Source: Flavobacteriaceae bacterium (GTDB lineage Bacteria; Bacteroidota; Bacteroidia; Flavobacteriales; Flavobacteriaceae). Taken from it: a stretch of DNA of 64,000 nucleotides. The number at the start of each line of letters is the position of its first letter. The stretch's first letter is position 1. The notes under the pieces were generated by a model, which did not search any database, was not told the origin of the DNA, and worked only from the letters and a program-made list of their open reading frames with translations. Location: the NCBI GenBank assembly GCA_052032225.1, contig JBPEWY010000083.1:40965-104964 (forward strand), read 5' to 3'. The position numbers and the translations under genes were made by a program. Of this stretch, positions 48,101-60,300 are shown in pieces.

Positions 48101-51011
48101 TGAACTGTTTAAAGAAAGAGTAACAGTATCGGCTTCTAACGGAGCTAATCCTGTTAATTTAAACTTTTCATTAGGGTCTGCCGTAGATAATGTGTCTCCG
48201 GGTGTTTTTGATGGAGTAGATTTTGTACCTACCAATCCTCCTGCTACAGCAATGGATGATGGAAATTTAAACTTAAACTTTATTGAGCCGGTAGATAACA
48301 TAACAATTACCTATACTAATCTAACAAATAATAACAGCTCAAATCAAATCACTATTCTACTGTCAGATATGACCTGGGGTTGTCCTTCTGTAGACTCAGA
48401 TGCCGATGGTACACCGGATTACCTTGATAGTGATAGCGATAATGATGGTTGTGTAGATGCAAACGAAGCGTACAATGATAGTTCAGCAGATGCCGATGGT
48501 AATGGATATTACGGCTCAGGGAATCCACCGGCTGTAAATGCCGATGGTACTGTGGTTGGGGCTTCTTATGCAGGGACTAATGCTAATGTTACTAATGCAG
48601 GAACAGCAGCTACTATAGATACTCAACCTACAGATCAAACAACTAATTTTGGAGATAATGCTTCTTTTACAGTTGTAACATCAGGAGGTTCTGGAACAAC
48701 GCTTTATCAGTGGCAAGAAAGTACAAATGGTGGTTCAACTTGGAATGATATCACTGATGGAGGTATTTATTCCGGAGCAACAACTAATTCGTTAACGCTA
48801 ACAGGAGTAACCGAAACGATGAATGGTTATGATTACAGAGTTGTTATTTCTCAATCAGATTTAATTTGTGAACAATACTCTAATAGTGCTAACTTAACTG
48901 TGGTTAATGTTATTGATGCTGTAGATGATAACTTCACAGGGGTAAACGGTTATGATGGCGGATTAGTTGGTGATATCACAGCAAACGATACACTAAATGG
49001 AGTTGCCGTAAATGATACTGAAATAACAATTACCTTAGATGCCGGAACAAATACCATAGGGGCTACAGTAGATGCTGATGGCAATGTAAGCATTCCATCA
49101 GGTACAGCAGCGGGTACTTATAATATAGACTACACAATTTGTGAGACCTCAAGCCCAAGTAATTGTGATACAGCAACAATAACTATAGAAGTAATAGCAG
49201 CACCAATAGATGCTGTAGATGATGGCTTCACAGGGGTAAATGGTTATGATGGCGGATTAGTTGGTGATATCACAACAAATGACACACTAAATGGAGTTGC
49301 CGTAAACGATACTGAAATAACAATTACGTTAGATGCCGGAACAAATACCATAGGGGCAACAGTAGATGCCGATGGTAATGTAAGCATTCCATCAGGTACA
49401 GTAGCGGGTACTTACAATATAGATTACACAATTTGTGAGGTCTTAAACCCGAGCAATTGTGATACTGCTACAATAACCATAGAAGTAACAGCAGCACCTA
49501 TTGATGCCGTTGATGATGACCTTACAGGTACACCGGTTAATGGAGCTGATGGAGCTACAGCTATTGCTAATGTTTTAGATAATGATACATTAAACGGTAC
49601 GTTGGTAAATGCTACAGAAGTAACAGTTACACCGATTACAAACGGACCTTTAACTGTTAATTCTGATGGTACAGTAGATGTTGCTTCCGGAACTTCTTCA
49701 GGAATTTACACAGTAGATTATACGATTTGCGAAGTGCTAAATCCAACCAACTGTGATACGGCTACAGTAACAGTAGAAGTAGTTTCTTCTGCTATTGATG
49801 CTGTAGATGATGATTTCTCGTCAAATCCGGTAAACGGATTTACAGGAGGTGTTGCAGGTGATATTACAGCTAATGATTTGTTAAATGGTTCAGCAGTAAA
49901 CGACACCGAAATAACAATTACGTTAGATGCAGGTACAAATACCATAGGCGCTACAGTAGATTCAGATGGTAATATTTCTGTGCCTGCAGGAACAGCAGAA
50001 GGTACTTATACAATTAATTACACTATTTGTGAAGTGTTAAATAGTAGTAATTGCGATACAGCTTCTGTAACAATAGTGGTGGTGCCTGATACAGATCAAG
50101 ACGGAGTGCACGATGGAATTGACATAGACGATGATAATGATGGAATTTTAGATGTTTTAGAAGGTAATTCTGATTCTGATGGTGATTCAATCCCTGATAG
50201 TTTAGATATAGACTCAGATAATGATGGTATTCCGGATAATGTAGAGGCTCAAACAACTGCCGGATACATACCACCATCAGGTACAGACTCAGATAACGAT
50301 GGTTTAGACGATGCCTACGAAGGAAGTGGAGACATGGGCTTAGATCCGGTTAATACTGATGGGACAGACTTACCAGACTATTTAGATGAAGATTCAGATA
50401 ATGATACCATTCCTGATAATATAGAAGGAAATGATTTTAATGCTGATGGAGAGCCAGACCAAGTATTTACAGGAGTTGATACAGATGGCGATGGTTTAGA
50501 TGATGGTTACGAAGGTAGCGATGTTAATGATGGGTTTGATGTGAATGATGAAATAGATAATCCTGCTACAGATTTACCGGATAAAGACGGAACAGAAGAT
50601 GTAGATTACAGAGATACAGATGATGATGGTGACGGAGTAGATACAGCCGATGAAAATATGGGAGATACCGATGGAGACGGAGATCCTGATTATTTAGATG
50701 CTTTTGATGATAGACCGGTACAAGTAAATCAGCTATATACACCTAATGGGGATAATCGTAATGAAATTCTTATTCGTAATATAGATCAGTATCCGGATAA
50801 CACTGTTCAAATTTTTAACAGATGGGGTATTAAAGTATTCGAAGCTATTGGCTATAATAATACATCAAACGCATTTAGAGGCAGATCTAACGGTAGAGCT
50901 ACAGTAAACGAGTCAGAGTTGCTTCCGGTGGGCGTATATTACATCATTATAAATTATGATGATAATGGAACAAACAGGCAAATAGCAACCTATTTTTATC
51001 TAAGTCGTTAA
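45102..51011 (+). CDS. Giant cell-surface adhesin with a T9SS type B C-terminal sorting domain (1969 aa)
   Basis: Signal peptide. Lamin-tail-like segment ([24 protein letters not shown]...[11 protein letters not shown]). Cadherin/VCBS-like repeats. An Ig-like module ([17 protein letters not shown]...YRVVIS). Four about 98-aa tandem repeats. Thrombospondin-type-3 Ca-binding DxDxDGxxDxxD repeats. C-terminus [31 protein letters not shown]...[10 protein letters not shown] has the gliding-motility-associated type B CTD pattern. Confidence 0.9.
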   Translation: MKFITTSINFPLHEAAKQITVTFILFFLGLILVNAQSTPTFGSSQGPIPLSGIDGQQGARYLYENVVINVNGTSNNADAVVKINELNNMTIVDVDRELGDDNRFEPLTDVTVDGGYVEWEIVFVESGTANASTDGVPIPLDSYVLEAIDVDGNEFFEAIVPESYTLEAGVSPTPGGCPQSETATNNAIGCPTDLVVSTNGNYIRFQSDSDYSSGINEDRTEFVVRLNYTNVSRIIFRNGQSIDSGQRQNSVSFLGEVNFVNENTVITNNPPTVVDNLGNTVLENSTSNPPINVLTGASDPEGNLDPSTVLLIDPSNSSNVGSVGNPLVITGVGTYTVDNSGNVTFTPATDYFGDASINFRVEDDLGATSNTATLGITVLECDAPGLIVNEMSNGPSGAQEWVELLVIGNATNPTAPVDLTGWIIDDNNGDFGTSATGVSDGHIIFGSAFNSVTPGSLILIYNQNDRDPNIPADDPTDSNGDGVYILPADHASLNGCSDLPSTTDPSYSPCTSETPRWSRVGLSNSGDAIQVRRPDGSFYHGFSYGNVDTNFPNFPCGGPSFNLGAGGVGCTFSFQCGDWQSASNFVRSDATGRTPGQVNSTENQVFINYVTSGTIDYNNKSSASNCNNAPIAVNDVFTVTQNTVMNENVLAANPTTADSDPDGDTITVTTFTINGDATVYSAGDTATITGVGTVQINTNGDITFTPDAAFTGAVPQITYEITDGSLTDTATVDITVQVDTDGDGDPDVTDPDDDNDGNPDGTDPHPLEPTAKNDALTVGEGQSDSVDVLANDDFLPGSDTSLTNLGTGTASGTVVFNNLTGELTYTPAAGEEGTTVSVDYQVCNTAVAPQVCDTATVWITVIPDTDGDGVPDDSDLDDDNDGITDADEGLCTTTSTLDWDTASWTGDPEADPTPGNPNVASTTIDGTTVTVTSSVSAGISNNFIARYFTINGTPGLQIIGRIEELDNGEQITYQLSFSQAVHDLSFKIVDIDESTDIADYELFKERVTVSASNGANPVNLNFSLGSAVDNVSPGVFDGVDFVPTNPPATAMDDGNLNLNFIEPVDNITITYTNLTNNNSSNQITILLSDMTWGCPSVDSDADGTPDYLDSDSDNDGCVDANEAYNDSSADADGNGYYGSGNPPAVNADGTVVGASYAGTNANVTNAGTAATIDTQPTDQTTNFGDNASFTVVTSGGSGTTLYQWQESTNGGSTWNDITDGGIYSGATTNSLTLTGVTETMNGYDYRVVISQSDLICEQYSNSANLTVVNVIDAVDDNFTGVNGYDGGLVGDITANDTLNGVAVNDTEITITLDAGTNTIGATVDADGNVSIPSGTAAGTYNIDYTICETSSPSNCDTATITIEVIAAPIDAVDDGFTGVNGYDGGLVGDITTNDTLNGVAVNDTEITITLDAGTNTIGATVDADGNVSIPSGTVAGTYNIDYTICEVLNPSNCDTATITIEVTAAPIDAVDDDLTGTPVNGADGATAIANVLDNDTLNGTLVNATEVTVTPITNGPLTVNSDGTVDVASGTSSGIYTVDYTICEVLNPTNCDTATVTVEVVSSAIDAVDDDFSSNPVNGFTGGVAGDITANDLLNGSAVNDTEITITLDAGTNTIGATVDSDGNISVPAGTAEGTYTINYTICEVLNSSNCDTASVTIVVVPDTDQDGVHDGIDIDDDNDGILDVLEGNSDSDGDSIPDSLDIDSDNDGIPDNVEAQTTAGYIPPSGTDSDNDGLDDAYEGSGDMGLDPVNTDGTDLPDYLDEDSDNDTIPDNIEGNDFNADGEPDQVFTGVDTDGDGLDDGYEGSDVNDGFDVNDEIDNPATDLPDKDGTEDVDYRDTDDDGDGVDTADENMGDTDGDGDPDYLDAFDDRPVQVNQLYTPNGDNRNEILIRNIDQYPDNTVQIFNRWGIKVFEAIGYNNTSNAFRGRSNGRATVNESELLPVGVYYIIINYDDNGTNRQIATYFYLSR
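48912..50087 (+). repeat. Four in-frame tandem repeats of 294 bp (98 aa) inside adhesin 1
   Basis: Units start at 48912, 49206, 49500 and 49794, each beginning IDAVDD and ending Y(T/N)ICE....NCDTA.(V/I)T(I/V). Units 1 and 2 are nearly identical at the DNA level. Unit 3 is the most diverged. Confidence 0.9.
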
Positions 51012-51041
51012 TAAATTAATTCAGTATTTAAGCAAAACCAT

Positions 51042-51992
51042 ATGTTAATATTTCAATTAAATAAACGTTTTCTAAGTGTCTTAGCTATCGCATTTACTGC
51101 CTTTGGATTGTATGCACAGCAAGATGCTCAATATACCCAGTATATGTATAATACCATGAGTGTAAACCCTGCCTATACAGGTACACGTGGTGTAATGAGC
51201 ATAACAGGGTTACATAGGTCTCAATGGGTTGGGTTAGACGGAGCACCTAAAACGCAAACCTTAAATATGCATACACCAATTTCTAATAGCAGGGTTGGTT
51301 TAGGGTTTTCTATTATAAATGATGAAATAGGAGATGGTGTAAACCAAGAAACTAATTTCGATATTTCTTTTTCATATACTATACCAACATCAGAAAAAGG
51401 AAAACTTTCATTAGGTATTAAAGCCGGAGGTCACTTACTTAATGTAGACTTTAGTAAACTCACTATTTTCGATCCAGAGTTTAATCCGGATGGTAGCCCA
51501 TTAAATATAGATAATAAGTTTTCTCCCAATGTAGGGATTGGCGCTTATTATCATACTCAAAAATTCTATTTGGGTTTATCTGCACCAAACTTGTTAGAGA
51601 CGGAACATTTTGATAACTCAAGCTCATCAATAGCAAAAGAGCGTGTAAATTTATATGTAATAACAGGTTATGTGTTTGATTTGAGTGCTACCACCAAATT
51701 AAAACCGGCATTACTAACCAAAATGGTTTCCGGAGCGCCAATTCAGGTAGATCTTTCTGCTAACTTCTTATTTAATGAGAAATTTATCCTTGGTGCAGCT
51801 TACCGTTGGGATGCGGCCGTTAGTGCAATGGTCGGGTTTCAAGTTACAGACCAGTTACTGCTAGGATTAGCGTATGATAGAGAGACAACAGATTTAGGAA
51901 AAACAGAATTTAACGATGGTTCGTTTGAAGTTTTGCTTAGATTTGAGCTGTTTAAAAAAGTTAAGAAGACTGTTTCCCCAAGATTTTTCTAA
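51042..51992 (+). CDS. PorP/SprF-family T9SS outer-membrane protein
   Basis: Signal peptide, then the hallmark QQDAQYTQYMYNTMSVNPAYTG motif, beta-barrel-like alternation and a C-terminal SPRFF. Confidence 0.92.
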   Translation: MLIFQLNKRFLSVLAIAFTAFGLYAQQDAQYTQYMYNTMSVNPAYTGTRGVMSITGLHRSQWVGLDGAPKTQTLNMHTPISNSRVGLGFSIINDEIGDGVNQETNFDISFSYTIPTSEKGKLSLGIKAGGHLLNVDFSKLTIFDPEFNPDGSPLNIDNKFSPNVGIGAYYHTQKFYLGLSAPNLLETEHFDNSSSSIAKERVNLYVITGYVFDLSATTKLKPALLTKMVSGAPIQVDLSANFLFNEKFILGAAYRWDAAVSAMVGFQVTDQLLLGLAYDRETTDLGKTEFNDGSFEVLLRFELFKKVKKTVSPRFF

Positions 51993-52004
51993 AAAAATAC
52001 AATT

Positions 52005-53948
52005 ATGATTAAAATTACTCGAATTCTCTTCATCATTGCTCTGGCTTCAATTCAAGTTGTATCAGCCCAAGAAAAACAAGCAGAGAAGGGTAACAAAAAA
52101 TACGAAGAGTATTCTTTTGTTAAAGCAATAGATATTTATGAAAATGTAGCAAACAAAGGATACGTAACTGCCGAGATGCTTAAAAAACTCGGAAACGCTT
52201 ACTATTTTAACGCAGACTATGAAAATGCGTCAAAATGGTATGGTAAGTTAATACAAATGAAAGATTCTGTTATAGAAGCAGACTACTACTTTAGGTACGC
52301 TCAAACGCTTAAGTCTTTAAAAATGTATGACGAAGCAAACAAGATGATGCAGCAGTTTAATGATATAAAAGATAAAGATGTTAGAGCACAGCTTTTTAAA
52401 GCAAGAGAAGAGTATTTAGAGTTTATAAAACTACAATCGGGAAGGTATACAATTAAGCCATTCGAAAATAATTCTGCTTATTCAGATTTTGCACCTTCTT
52501 TTTACCAAGGAAGCTTGGTTTTCTCATCTGCAAGAGATACAGGTTCTTTAACAAAAAGAAGACATACCTGGAACAATATGCCTTTTCTTGATTTATATGG
52601 AGGAGCCTTAAACGAAGATGGTAGAGTTGTAGGCGTTAAAAAGTTTTCAGACAACTTAAATTCACCACTTCACGAGTCTAGTACAGCGTTTACTAAAGAT
52701 GGTAAAACAGTTTATTTTACTCGTAACAACTATCAAGATGGCAAAGTTAATAGAGACGAAAAAGGTATAAATCGTCTAAAAATTTATAAAGCTACTAGAA
52801 ACGGTGATGAATGGACTAACGTTCAGGAGCTTCCTTTTAATAGTGATAGTTATTCGGTTGCTCACCCGGCACTAAGTCCGGACGAAACCAAATTATACTT
52901 TGCTTCCGATATGCCCGGAACCGTAGGAGAATCAGATATTTTTGTAGTTTCAATTAACGAAGACGGAACCTACGGAACACCGGAAAACTTAGGAACAGCA
53001 ATAAACACTGAGGCCAGAGAAACTTTTCCGTATGTAAGTAATAATGGGTTGTTGTATTTTGCTTCAGATGGTCATCAAGGTTTAGGTGGTTTAGATATCT
53101 ACGTAACTAAACTTAAATCATATAACCAAGTAGATGAGGTTATTAATGTAGGAGAACCTGTAAATTCTCCTCACGATGATTTGTCTTTTATAATTAACGA
53201 AGACACTAAAATAGGATTCTTTGCATCAAATAGACCCGGAGGAATAGGGAGTGATGATATTTACACTTTTGTAGAGAATACTGAAGTAATTTTTGAATGT
53301 AACAAATCGGTTAACGGGGTTGTTATAGATAAAGAAACTAGAGAGATTATAGCAGACGCATCAATAAGTGTAATTGATGAAAACAACAGTGTTTTAACAA
53401 CTGTAAGCTCAAATAATAGTGGTCAATATAATGTTGTGATAGATTGTAAAAAAGGGCACTTTATAAGAGCAGAAAAACAAGGGTACATTACCCAAGAAAA
53501 ATATGTTAATGCTTCTTATGATATGGCTGCTCTTAAATTAGATTTTGAGTTAGAAAAAGAAAAGGTTTCAGCTACCCAAGGAGACGATTTGGCAAAATTA
53601 TTAGACTTAAAACCTATCTACTTTAATTTTGATAGTGCTACAATTAGGAAAGATGCTGAGGTAGAGCTGCAAAAAGTAATAGCAGCCATGGAAAAATACC
53701 CATCTATAAAAATAGATATACGTTCTCATACAGATAGCAGAGGAGATGATGCTTATAATTTGGCCCTTTCAGAGCGTAGAGCAAAAGCAACAATGCAGTA
53801 TTTAATTAGCAAAGGTATAGATGCCTCTAGGCTAACAGCAAAAGGTTATGGAGAAAGTGAGCTTGTTAATGAATGTGCCAATGGAGTACCATGCTCTAGA
53901 GAAGCTCACGAACTTAACAGAAGATCAGAGTTTGTTATAATGCAATAA
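52005..53948 (+). CDS. PorE-like multidomain OmpA-family protein (TPR, TolB-like beta-propeller, CarboxypepD_reg, OmpA_C)
   Basis: TPR-like N-terminus (LGNAYYFNADYENASKWY). Repeated PD40-like blades (SVAHPALSPDETKLYFASD; LLYFASDGHQGLGGLDIY; FFASNRPGGIGSDDIY). CRD (VNGVVIDKETRE...GQYNV). OmpA_C (IYFNFDSATIR...HTDSRGDDAYNLALSERRA...GYGES...NRRSEFVI). Confidence 0.88.
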   Translation: MIKITRILFIIALASIQVVSAQEKQAEKGNKKYEEYSFVKAIDIYENVANKGYVTAEMLKKLGNAYYFNADYENASKWYGKLIQMKDSVIEADYYFRYAQTLKSLKMYDEANKMMQQFNDIKDKDVRAQLFKAREEYLEFIKLQSGRYTIKPFENNSAYSDFAPSFYQGSLVFSSARDTGSLTKRRHTWNNMPFLDLYGGALNEDGRVVGVKKFSDNLNSPLHESSTAFTKDGKTVYFTRNNYQDGKVNRDEKGINRLKIYKATRNGDEWTNVQELPFNSDSYSVAHPALSPDETKLYFASDMPGTVGESDIFVVSINEDGTYGTPENLGTAINTEARETFPYVSNNGLLYFASDGHQGLGGLDIYVTKLKSYNQVDEVINVGEPVNSPHDDLSFIINEDTKIGFFASNRPGGIGSDDIYTFVENTEVIFECNKSVNGVVIDKETREIIADASISVIDENNSVLTTVSSNNSGQYNVVIDCKKGHFIRAEKQGYITQEKYVNASYDMAALKLDFELEKEKVSATQGDDLAKLLDLKPIYFNFDSATIRKDAEVELQKVIAAMEKYPSIKIDIRSHTDSRGDDAYNLALSERRAKATMQYLISKGIDASRLTAKGYGESELVNECANGVPCSREAHELNRRSEFVIMQ

Positions 53949-53972
53949 TAAAGTGTTTAAAGCAAATAAATT

Positions 53973-54007
53973 AAAGCGGCAATGTAATAATACATTGCTG
54001 CTTTTTT
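53973..54007 (+). terminator. Intrinsic terminator after module 1
   Basis: 11-bp stem GCGGCAATGTA / TACATTGCTGC (one G-U pair) followed by TTTTTT. Confidence 0.8.
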
Positions 54008-54192
54008 GATTAAAACCTTATAATTGTAAGCTAAGCAAAAAAATGTTAAAAAACACAACGGTTAAGTGTGGTTACACTACGCTAAAACCTTTTTACACAA
54101 CATTTTTTGGTAAAATTGCATTTGTAAAGCTATTTTTGTTTTGTTTATTGCATAAATAGTGTTTATTGAATATTAACATTTAAATAAAAAAT

Positions 54193-54200
54193 TAAATTTG
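54193..54200 (+). promoter_or_regulatory. Candidate -7 promoter box TAAATTTG for adhesin 2
   Basis: Matches TAnnTTTG and would give an about 130-nt 5' UTR. It is followed directly by the hairpin TAAACATC-N9-GATGTTTA (54208-54232). Confidence 0.3.
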
Positions 54201-54336
54201 TTTAGTGTAAACATCTGTTAAACTGATGTTTAAGTAGTATTTTTTTTATATAAATATAATTTTGTGATAAAATTTTAGTTAATTAAGTACCAAGCCCCTT
54301 GTGTTACTAGTATTAAAAACGAATTTAATCTAAACA

Positions 54337-57300
54337 ATGCAACGTATGAGACCTGCCCGTGATCTCCTAACACCTACAAGAAAACTACACTTTATAATAG
54401 TTAGTGTATTACTACTATTAGTATCCTTTTCTTTAAAAGCACAAGATACTTACCGAGATAATTTTGGTACAGTTTCATATAATAATAACGACGGTACACA
54501 AAATTGGTCGGGTAGTTGGGATGAAGATAACGACAATAATAATCCTAATAGTGGAAATATTAGGATTGAAAGCGGGGTGCTTACTTTTCAGGCTATTTCA
54601 AGAAATGATGAAAGAATTTCAAGATCTGCTAATTTATCGGGTTATGGTACTGCATTTTTATCTTTTGATTATCGGGCAATTTTAAATGGAGGTAATGATG
54701 CTACAAGTGAGAATTTAGCTGTTCAGGTTTCATCAGACGGTGTTAATTTTACTACGGTAGGTACAATTTATAATTCTAATTGGACTACATTTAATGTAGA
54801 TATTTCAGCGTTTATATCTAATAACACTACAATTAGGTTTATAAACTTAAGTACATGGGGTAGTGGTGACTGGGAAAATAACAATTACGTTTTTATTGAT
54901 AACCTTCAAATACTGGCATTCGCAACAAGCATACAATTTAACCAACCACTGGTATTATTTGATGAGTTTGATGGGTATATAGATTATACATCAACGGGAG
55001 GCTCACTTAGAACACAACCAAATGGAGTGAATGCATGTGCCATAGCATCATCATCCAGTAATACGTTAACGTCTCCGGTTCCTGCTGGTGCAACTATTCA
55101 AAAAGCGTATTTATACTGGGCACATTCAGGGGCAACGCCAGACACTCAAGTTACTTTTGAGGGTAATAGCGTAAATGCAGATTGGGTTTACGCTACAGCG
55201 TTAGGTTCTAGAACATTTTATGGCGGAGTTAGTGATGTAACTTCCATTATAACAGGCATATCCAATCTATCTACTAATACATTTGATTTTTCTGATTTAA
55301 CGGTAGATAATAGTGCAACATATTGTAATAATCAAACAGTGTTGGGTGGTTGGGCCCTTTTTATTGTTTATGAAGATTTAACATTACCTGCTTCTACCAT
55401 TAATTTATACCAAGGATTTAATGCAGAAAATAACTCATCATCATCATTTACATTGAGCGGTTTTTTTGCAATTGGTTCAAATGGCTCTAAGACAACAGTT
55501 ATGTCTTGGGAAGGAGACCAAACACTGAGCAATAATGAAGATTTAACTGTAACAACCGGGTTAGGAACATTTAGATTATCTGGAGATGGAGATAATAACG
55601 GAGTTACAACAGTAAACCCTTTTAACTCTACTATTTTTGATAATACTGTTATCCCTAACATAAATAACACTACATCGTACGGACTAGACTTAGACACCTA
55701 CGACGTTTCTCCTTATGTGCAACCTGGTGAATCATCAGTTACAACAAATGTACAAACCGGGCAAGACCTTGTAATAATGAATGCGGTGGTCTTAAAAGTA
55801 CCATCTAACATTATTTCTGGTGTAGTGTTCGAAGATGTTAATTATGGTGGTGGTTCAGGAAGAGATAGAGTAACAGCATCTGGGGTGCCAATACCGGGAG
55901 CTACCGTAGAACTTTATGATGTTTTAGGAAATTTGGTAGACACTAAAGTTACCAATAACAATGGTAGATACATTTTTGCAGGAATGCAAAACGGAATCTA
56001 TAGAATTCGTGTAGTTAACAATACAGTAAGATCTACAAGAACAGGAGGAAGCTCTTGCTCTACGTGTATTCCGGTACAAACATTCAGAAGGGATTATGCT
56101 CTTAGTAGTTTTACAGATGTAACTAACGAGGTAGGTGGAGCTAATCCTGCAGGTCAAGATCCTGGGCCGGGTACTATAACTGGAGCACAGTCCGTTTCTG
56201 TTGTAACCATAAATAGTGAAGGAGCAGTTGGTTTAGACTTTGGTTTTAACTTTAATACAATTGTTAATACAAATGCAACTGGTCAAGGATCATTAGCTCA
56301 ATTTATAGAGAATGCTAACAATCTTGGAAACAGCGGAATAAATATAGAAGCCAATAGTATTTTTGATCCGGCAGCAGGGCAAGATGTTTCTATATTCATG
56401 ATACCTTCTAACTCCGATCCGTTAGGAAGAACTACAGATCCTAACTTCTCTGGAGGAGTTGCTACCATTACAGCAACAACAATTTTACCGGTTATTACAG
56501 ATGATAATACACATATAGATGGTAGAACCCAAACAGCTAATATTGGAGACACTAATACAGGAACAGTAGGTACAGGAGGAACTGTTGGTGTAGATGCAGA
56601 ACCATTACCAACATACCAACTTCCTGAAATTGCAATAAATGCAGATAATAAAAATGGATTAAGGCTAAATGGTGCAACATCAAACGTTGTAATTAGAAAC
56701 TTAGCTATTTATAATGCGGTTCATGGTATTAATGCAACAGGCAACGGAGGTTCAGGAACAAACAGAGTAGTAAGTAATATGTTGTTAGGGACCTTGCCAA
56801 ATGGTAATGATCCTGGTAGCTCTTTACAAAATACTGGGTATGGAGTTCGTTTAGTAAACCCTTCAGAACTAACAGTTACATCATCATATATTGCTTATAA
56901 CCAAGACGGAGGCGTATTGGGCTCAAATAACAATGCTTCATTAACTGTAACCTATAATGAAATTTTCCAAAACGGATCTGGTTCTAATAGTGCTAATGCA
57001 GTAGCAATTAATGGAGACAACAGCCTTGTTCAATATAACCTAATCTATAATCAGCAAACAAGTTCAGGTAACCCGGATTCTGATGGCGGAAGCGGTATAG
57101 AAATAGGGAATACCACAGTCGCTTCCGGAAACAATACCATAGATAACAACACTATATATAATAATATTTCTGCTGGTATTAATGTCAGAAATGGTGCAAA
57201 CAATAACACTATTTCTAAAAACATAGTATACGGTAACGAAGTTGGTGTTGCTGTAAATGATGAAAGCAGAGCAACAGCTGCAAATACTATTACTCAAAAC

Positions 57301-60300
57301 AGTATTTATAACAATAACCTTTTAGGTATAGATTTACATGGAGGAGGATCGGGTATTTTTGATGGAGTTACTTTAAATGATTTAAATGACACAGACTCAG
57401 GAAGCAACGATTTAGTTAACTTCCCGGTTTTTGATAAAGTAGTTATAGATGACAGTCAGTTATATATAAAAGGATGGGCTAGACCTGGAGCAATTATAGA
57501 GTTATTTATAACTGATATTTCAAGCGGAACAGCATCTCCTGGAGACAACCAACTCGGAATGTCTCAAGACTACGGAGAAGGACAAACATTTTTGGCTTCC
57601 TTAACTGAAGGCTCAGGCTCAGATTTGTCTTCAGCTACTTCATCATACACAGATGTAGATGGAAATACAGATAATACCAATGAGTTTGAGTTTGTTATTA
57701 GTTTACCTTCAGGAGTAAATTCAGGTACATTATTAACAGCCACTGCTACAGTAGGAGGTTCAACTTCAGAGTTTTCATCATCTAAAGTAGTTAGAAGAAC
57801 AGATTTTGGTGATGCGCCTAATTCATATAACACTAATCTAGCATCAAACGGACCAAGACATGGTTTAAGTAATAGTATTTATTTAGGTGCTTCAATTCCT
57901 GATGCAGAAACAGACGGGCAGCCTTCAGCAGATGCAACTGGAGATGGAGCAGAAGACGACGGAGTTTTAATTGGTGCATCTTCATTACAAGATCAAATAT
58001 TATATGCAGGTCAACCAATCACATTCACCGTAGTTGCAGGATCTTCAGATGCTACAACAGGATACTTAAATGCATGGATAGATTTAAACGGTGATGGTGA
58101 TTTTGCCGATGCAGGTGAAAAAATTATAGACAACCAATCTTTATCTGTAGGTAATAACTCAATTAATTATACCATACCTGATACAGCCACAGCAGGAATC
58201 ACTTTTGCAAGATTCAGGTACAGCTCTCAAACACTTTCTACAAGCGATGGTTTTGCTTATGATGGCGAAGTAGAAGATTATAGAGTCACTATTCAAAATG
58301 TTTTAGTTGAGTTTGCTTCATCTTCTTATGAGGATGATGAAAGCAATACAGATAGTCCTGTTTTAATTTTAAATCAGGCTTTAAGTAGCCCTCTTACTGT
58401 AGATTTAACAGTTACAGGAGGTACAGCAACATCAGGCTCAGATTTTTCAAACACAGTTACAGTAACAATACCTGCGGGAGTTACTACATATACCATACCT
58501 ACAAGTGTATTTAGTGTTACTGATGATAATTTAGTAGAACCATCAGAAACCATTCAGTTTACATTAGCTAATCCACAAGCAGGTTTAGTTATTGGTGATG
58601 CTAATAATAATTCAACCTCTCAAAATACAACTACGTATACCATAACAGATAACGATAGCGCCTCATTGGCGATTGACGATGTAACGGTTACCGAAGGGGG
58701 CGATTTAGTCTTTACGGTCAGCCTAACGGGCGATGTACAGGGCGGTGTATCGGTAGACTATGCAAGTTCAGATAATACGGCAGTAGCCGGATCGGACTAT
58801 ACCTCGGTAAGCGGCACGCTAAACTTTACGGGTACCGATGGGGAGACCCAGACCATAACGGTAAGCACCACAGACGACACCTTGGTAGAGCCTACGGAAG
58901 ACTTTACCATTACCTTAAGCAATACTACACCAAGTAGTGTAACGATATCCGATGCTACGGGAATAGGAACCATAACAGATAACGATGCAGATGTTCAAGA
59001 TGATACAGCATCAACAGATGAGGATACATCAGTAACTATAGATGTGTTGGCTAATGATACTTATGGAAGCGATGATACTGTTTCTGTAGTTGCTGCTTCA
59101 GATCCGGCTAATGGAACTGTTACAATAGAAGCAGATGGAACAATAACGTATGTTCCGGATCCTGACTTTAATGGTGTGGATACATTTGCCTACACTGTAG
59201 AAGTAACTCATAGTGACGGTAGTGTAACAACAGAGACATCAACAGTAACGGTAACGGTTAATCCGGTACAAGATGCACAAGATGATACAGCCGTAACAGA
59301 TCAGGATACGCCGGTTACTATTGATGTGTTAGCAAATGATACCTTTAATGCTTCGAGCACAGTAGCTGTTATTAGTACAAGTAATCCATCAAATGGAAAT
59401 GTAACAATAGAGACAGATGGAACAGTAACTTATACCCCAAATGCAGGCTTTACAGGGACAGATAGCTTTACATATACAGTTCAGGTAACTCATGCAGATG
59501 GTAGCACTACAACAGAAACTGCAACAGTTACAGTTACGGTTAACGCTGGATTAAATGCAGAAGACGATGTAGCTACCACAGATGAAAATGTAGCAGTAAC
59601 AATAGATGTGTTAGCAAATGATGTAAATGTACCAACTAATGGAACACTAACAGTAACTGCTCCTGCAAACGGAACGGTAGTTATTAACGACAATGGTACG
59701 CCCAGCGATCCTAGTGATGATACCGTTACTTATACACCAAATGCTGATTATTCGGGTACAGATACCTTTACATATACAATATGTGATACATCATCTAATT
59801 GTGATACTGCAACAGTTGTAATTACAGTAAATCCTGTTAATAACATGGATACAGACGGTGATGGTGTGCCTGATGCGGTTGATATAGACGATGATAACGA
59901 TGGTATTTTAGACGTTGATGAAGATTTAAATATGGATGGAGATGATGATCCGTCTACAACACCTACAGACACAGACGGAGATGGTGTACCAGATTATTTA
60001 GATATAGACTCTGATAACGATGGTATTCCTGATAATGTAGAGGCACAGCCTACAGAAGGATATATTCCTCCAACACCGGGAGATTCTGATGGAGATGGAT
60101 TGTTAGATGTGTATGAATTTGGTGGAAATGAAGGATTGCTTCCTGAAGATACTGATGATGATTTTATACCAGATTATTTGGATGAAGATAGTGATAATGA
60201 TGGTAGCCCGGATAATATTGAGGGACATGATTTTGATAACGACGGCGAGCCAGAAAATACGTTTAGAGGCTCTGATAAAGATGGAGACGGTTTAGATGAT

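Noticed and set aside
50100-50720. Regularly spaced GAT-rich repeats (also at 59860-60420) considered as a possible CRISPR-like or satellite array
   Set aside because: They are in frame and encode thrombospondin-type-3 Ca-binding DxDxDGxxDxxD motifs. The spacing is irregular at the DNA level, and there are no identical direct repeats with unique spacers.
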